Made by a program: the position numbers and the translations under genes. From contig SUPR01000039.1 of NCBI GenBank assembly GCA_005191425.1, positions 1-29,030 on the forward strand: 29,030 nucleotides of DNA, in the 5' to 3' direction. Positions 26,238 through 29,030 of the stretch are shown here, in pieces (within the stretch, counting starts at the first letter, position 1; the number at the start of each line of letters is the position of its first letter). The notes below the pieces were generated by a model, which was not told the DNA's origin, did no database searches, and saw only the letters and a program-made list of their open reading frames with translations. The DNA comes from Candidatus Helarchaeota ASGARD archaeon Hel_GB_B (GTDB lineage Archaea > Asgardarchaeota > Lokiarchaeia > Helarchaeales > HEL-GB-B).

Positions 26238-27443
26238 ATGATGAAGTTTGAAGTAGTAATAATAGGTGCAGGGCCTGCGGGAAGCATTACGGCATATACT
26301 CTGGCAAAAAGAGATGTTAATGTTTTAATAATAGAAAAGCAGAGACAGATAGGTAGTTCAGTACATTGTGCTGGTGGTATTATTGGATCAATTTTAGAGA
26401 GGTTAAAGTTAATAAAAAAATTGGAAAAATATGGTGTCATTAAATCAAATATTAGTGCAATAAAATTTATCGCTCCAGATAAAAATATGGCTCTCTTTAA
26501 ATTAAATAGAACTATTGGACATGTTGTTGACCGATCAAAATTTGATGATTGTTTAGCTACATTAGCTGTTAATAAGGGTGCAATACTTTATTTGAATTCA
26601 AAATTTGTTAAAATCAATGGTTTTAATAATAATAATGGTATAAATATAAAAATAAGACAAAATAATAAATTAATTACCTTGAATACAAAAATATTAGTAG
26701 GCGCAGACGGGGTTAAAAGTCAAGTAGCTAACCAAGCAGGGTTTAATGTCCAATTAAAATATTTAGGATATGGGTATAGTTTTGATTTCGATAATGTATC
26801 AAATATCAATTCAAATATGATGGAAGTTTATTTTTCAGAAAAAATACCTGGAGGATATTCATGGATATTTCCTACAGGAAATAGTTCTGCTAATTTTGGT
26901 TGTGGTGGATTGGGGAAAAGTAATTTTTATTATAAAAAGGTTTTTGAATATTTTATTAAGAAATTTCCAGACATTAATAAAAAATTTAAATTTGCCATTA
27001 AAAAAAGGTTTACTGGGGGTATTGTACCCATTTCAAGCCCTCCAAGATCATGTGTTAAAAAGAATATTTTAATAGTTGGAGATGCAGCAAATCAAATTAA
27101 TTCAATTACTGCAGAAGGTATTCGTTTTTCACTATTATGCGGGAAAATTGCAGGATTAGTAATAAATTATGCACTACAAACAAATTTACAATTTTTAAAA
27201 AATTATGATAGATATTGGAGACAATTTTTGGGCAAGGAAGTTTTTTTCAGTAAAATTTTAAGAGATTTTTTCTTTAGATTTAATAATGATGATTATAATA
27301 CAATAATAAAAGCTGTAAGTAAGTTAAATTTTAATGATATAATGGTATCATATTGGTCTAAGGTTATTCGAGATATCGCATTAAAAACACCTTCATCTAT
27401 TAAGCTAATACGCGCAAAATTTAGGCATGTTAATTACCAATAG
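26238..27443 (+). CDS. Geranylgeranyl reductase family FAD-dependent oxidoreductase (archaeal lipid saturation, DGGR-like)
   Basis: IIGAGPAGS, GADGVKS, PGGYSWIFP (PxxYxWxFP), VGDAA...AEGI and YDRYW. Confidence 0.92.
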   Translation: MMKFEVVIIGAGPAGSITAYTLAKRDVNVLIIEKQRQIGSSVHCAGGIIGSILERLKLIKKLEKYGVIKSNISAIKFIAPDKNMALFKLNRTIGHVVDRSKFDDCLATLAVNKGAILYLNSKFVKINGFNNNNGINIKIRQNNKLITLNTKILVGADGVKSQVANQAGFNVQLKYLGYGYSFDFDNVSNINSNMMEVYFSEKIPGGYSWIFPTGNSSANFGCGGLGKSNFYYKKVFEYFIKKFPDINKKFKFAIKKRFTGGIVPISSPPRSCVKKNILIVGDAANQINSITAEGIRFSLLCGKIAGLVINYALQTNLQFLKNYDRYWRQFLGKEVFFSKILRDFFFRFNNDDYNTIIKAVSKLNFNDIMVSYWSKVIRDIALKTPSSIKLIRAKFRHVNYQ

Positions 27444-27569
27444 ATATAAAATTAATTTGGTACCATCATCAAATATCAGATTAAAAAATTAAAGAAAAAA
27501 ATCATTTAAAAATTTGATAAAATTAAACTAAATCATTGATTAAAATTATAGACAAGGAGTTTTAAAGAA

Positions 27570-29030
27570 ATGAGTCATAATGTTAAAGAAATATTTCGTG
27601 GTGGAGATGTTGTTGTTCAAGGACTAATTGAAGAAAATATTGAATATATATTTGGAATAGTTGGAGGGCAATTGCTACCAATTTACGATGCAGTTCATAG
27701 ATGGGGTAGGGAACATGGTATTGATACTATTGCGGTACGACATGAACAAGCTGCAGCCCATATGGCTGATGCTTATGCAAGATTAACTGGAAAAATTGGC
27801 GTTTGTATGGGAACAGTGGGGCCAGGAGCAACAGACATGGTCCCAGGTGTCGGCGCTGCATGGGCAGATAATATTCCAATATTGATTATCACACCTCAAT
27901 TGAGTAAAAAAGAAGAAGGTTTAGGTAGTCTCCAAGGTGGTATTGACCAAATTACCATGTACAAACCACTTACGAAATTTCAAGCACATATCCACAATCC
28001 AAAAAAGTTGAAACATTTTTTACATCAAGCAATTAATGTAGCACTATCAGGACGTCCAGGCCCAACTCATTTGGATATTGTAGTAGATGTATTAACTGGG
28101 CAATTTGAGAAGGAAGATATGCTCAAACCAAGCCAGTATAGACCATTAAGTAGACCTGAAGCCAATACTGACGAAATTAAAAAAGCAATAAAATTAATTC
28201 AAGAGTCAGAAAGACCAATGATTGTTTCAGGGGGCGGTGTTACAATGTCTGGAGCTTGGAATGAACTACAAGAATTTGCAGAATATTTATCAATCCCAGT
28301 TATTGTGACAAGAATGGGAATAGGTACTTTTAATAACAAGAACCCTACTTTTATTGGTGGGCCAGGACTTGTAGGTGGTGCTGGAGCACAAGCAGCTGCC
28401 TCGACAGATCTTATTATAGCATTTGGTACTCGATTTTCTTTAATTACTATGTTTGGACAATCACCACCATGGAACGCTGATGCAAAATTGATTCATATTG
28501 ATATAGACCCGACAATTATTGGTAAAAATAGACCCGTAGATATTGGTATTGTATCGGATTGTAAATTAGCTGCATCCAAATTTTTGGAAATAATTAAAAA
28601 ATCAGGTATTAAAAAAAGAAGCCCTTCTGAATGGGTAAATCAATTATTAGAACAGAAGGAAAAGTTTAAACAAAAAATTATCAAACGATGCGAACCTAAT
28701 AACAAACCGATTCATCCCTCAAGATTAATTAAAGACGTATTAGAATTTATGTCGGATAATGCAATTCTGGCTTTAGACGGGGGCAATATAATGGGTTTCG
28801 TCCAAGAACAAATTTGTACTATTATTGACCGCCCACCTAGATCTGTATTGCAAAGCGTAGGAATGGGGCACCTAGGTAGTGGACTACCTTATGCTATTAG
28901 TGCAAAATTAACTTTCCCTGACAGAGAAGTAATTCATATTGCAGGTGATGGAAGTTTTGGTTTTAATATTCAAGAATTAGAAACGGCTGTCAGATATGAC
29001 CTACAAATAATTAATATCATTGGAAATGAC
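27570..29030 (+). CDS. Thiamine-diphosphate-dependent enzyme (acetolactate synthase-like / 2-hydroxyacyl-CoA lyase-like), 3' end beyond the window
   Basis: Not in the ORF track. AAGGAG precedes ATG 27570 and the frame is open for 487 codons to the edge: MSHNVKEIFRGGDVVVQGL...FGIVGG...RHEQAAAHMADAYAR...GPG...GDGSFGFNIQELETAVRYDLQIINIIGND (catalytic Glu and GDG...N ThDP motif). Confidence 0.93.
   Translation, partial: MSHNVKEIFRGGDVVVQGLIEENIEYIFGIVGGQLLPIYDAVHRWGREHGIDTIAVRHEQAAAHMADAYARLTGKIGVCMGTVGPGATDMVPGVGAAWADNIPILIITPQLSKKEEGLGSLQGGIDQITMYKPLTKFQAHIHNPKKLKHFLHQAINVALSGRPGPTHLDIVVDVLTGQFEKEDMLKPSQYRPLSRPEANTDEIKKAIKLIQESERPMIVSGGGVTMSGAWNELQEFAEYLSIPVIVTRMGIGTFNNKNPTFIGGPGLVGGAGAQAAASTDLIIAFGTRFSLITMFGQSPPWNADAKLIHIDIDPTIIGKNRPVDIGIVSDCKLAASKFLEIIKKSGIKKRSPSEWVNQLLEQKEKFKQKIIKRCEPNNKPIHPSRLIKDVLEFMSDNAILALDGGNIMGFVQEQICTIIDRPPRSVLQSVGMGHLGSGLPYAISAKLTFPDREVIHIAGDGSFGFNIQELETAVRYDLQIINIIGND

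Noticed and set aside
20858-26440. Track ORFs 20858..21178, 22646..22831 and 26222..26440
   Set aside because: Antisense or alternative-frame overlaps of supported genes.
9068-27443. A eukaryote-like protein prenylation pathway (prenyltransferase-like domain, small GTPase, ICMT-like gene, GGR)
   Set aside because: The genes are scattered, the GTPase ends VKKIED with no CaaX or CC motif, the barrel seems to lack Zn ligands, there is no alpha subunit or Rce1, and the methyltransferase is broken.
1-29030. tRNA, rRNA, CRISPR array or diversity-generating retroelement
   Set aside because: No GC-rich cloverleaf or rRNA-like segment, no regularly spaced repeat-spacer array, and no reverse transcriptase or TR/VR pair seen.

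Overview
Strongly AT-rich archaeal DNA, most likely from an Asgard archaeon. That assignment is an inference from an Arf/Rag-like small GTPase with HKxD and TSI motifs, PCI-like winged-helix modules, an archaeal RecJ/Cdc45-like DHH protein, a histone-fold protein and a geranylgeranyl reductase. The window holds about 20 intact genes: two MFS transporters, an M50 protease, a DHH nuclease, a surface glycoprotein, a histone variant, a 1442-aa membrane-anchored repeat protein, a LarA-family racemase, an HhH-GTPase fusion, a cyclase, a gamma-CA-like protein, a GNAT, a PfkB kinase, a GGR and several membrane proteins. Two genes run off the window edges and are missing from the ORF track: an IS4-superfamily transposase C-terminus at the left and a ThDP enzyme at the right. 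Three genes are broken: a TAG-interrupted Cys-cluster gene, a decayed ISL3-like transposase and a frameshifted ICMT/PEMT-like methyltransferase. I found no tRNA, rRNA or CRISPR array. The most notable observations are (1) the giant protein, built as prenyltransferase-like barrel, winged helices, about seven ~110-aa Trp-marked helical repeats and a C-terminal membrane anchor, lying directly upstream of an unusual histone; (2) a strong strand-specific synonymous G bias on the + strand in the first ~6.5 kb that fades and partly reverses further right; and (3) the HhH-small GTPase fusion. All family assignments come from motif recognition by eye, with no database search.
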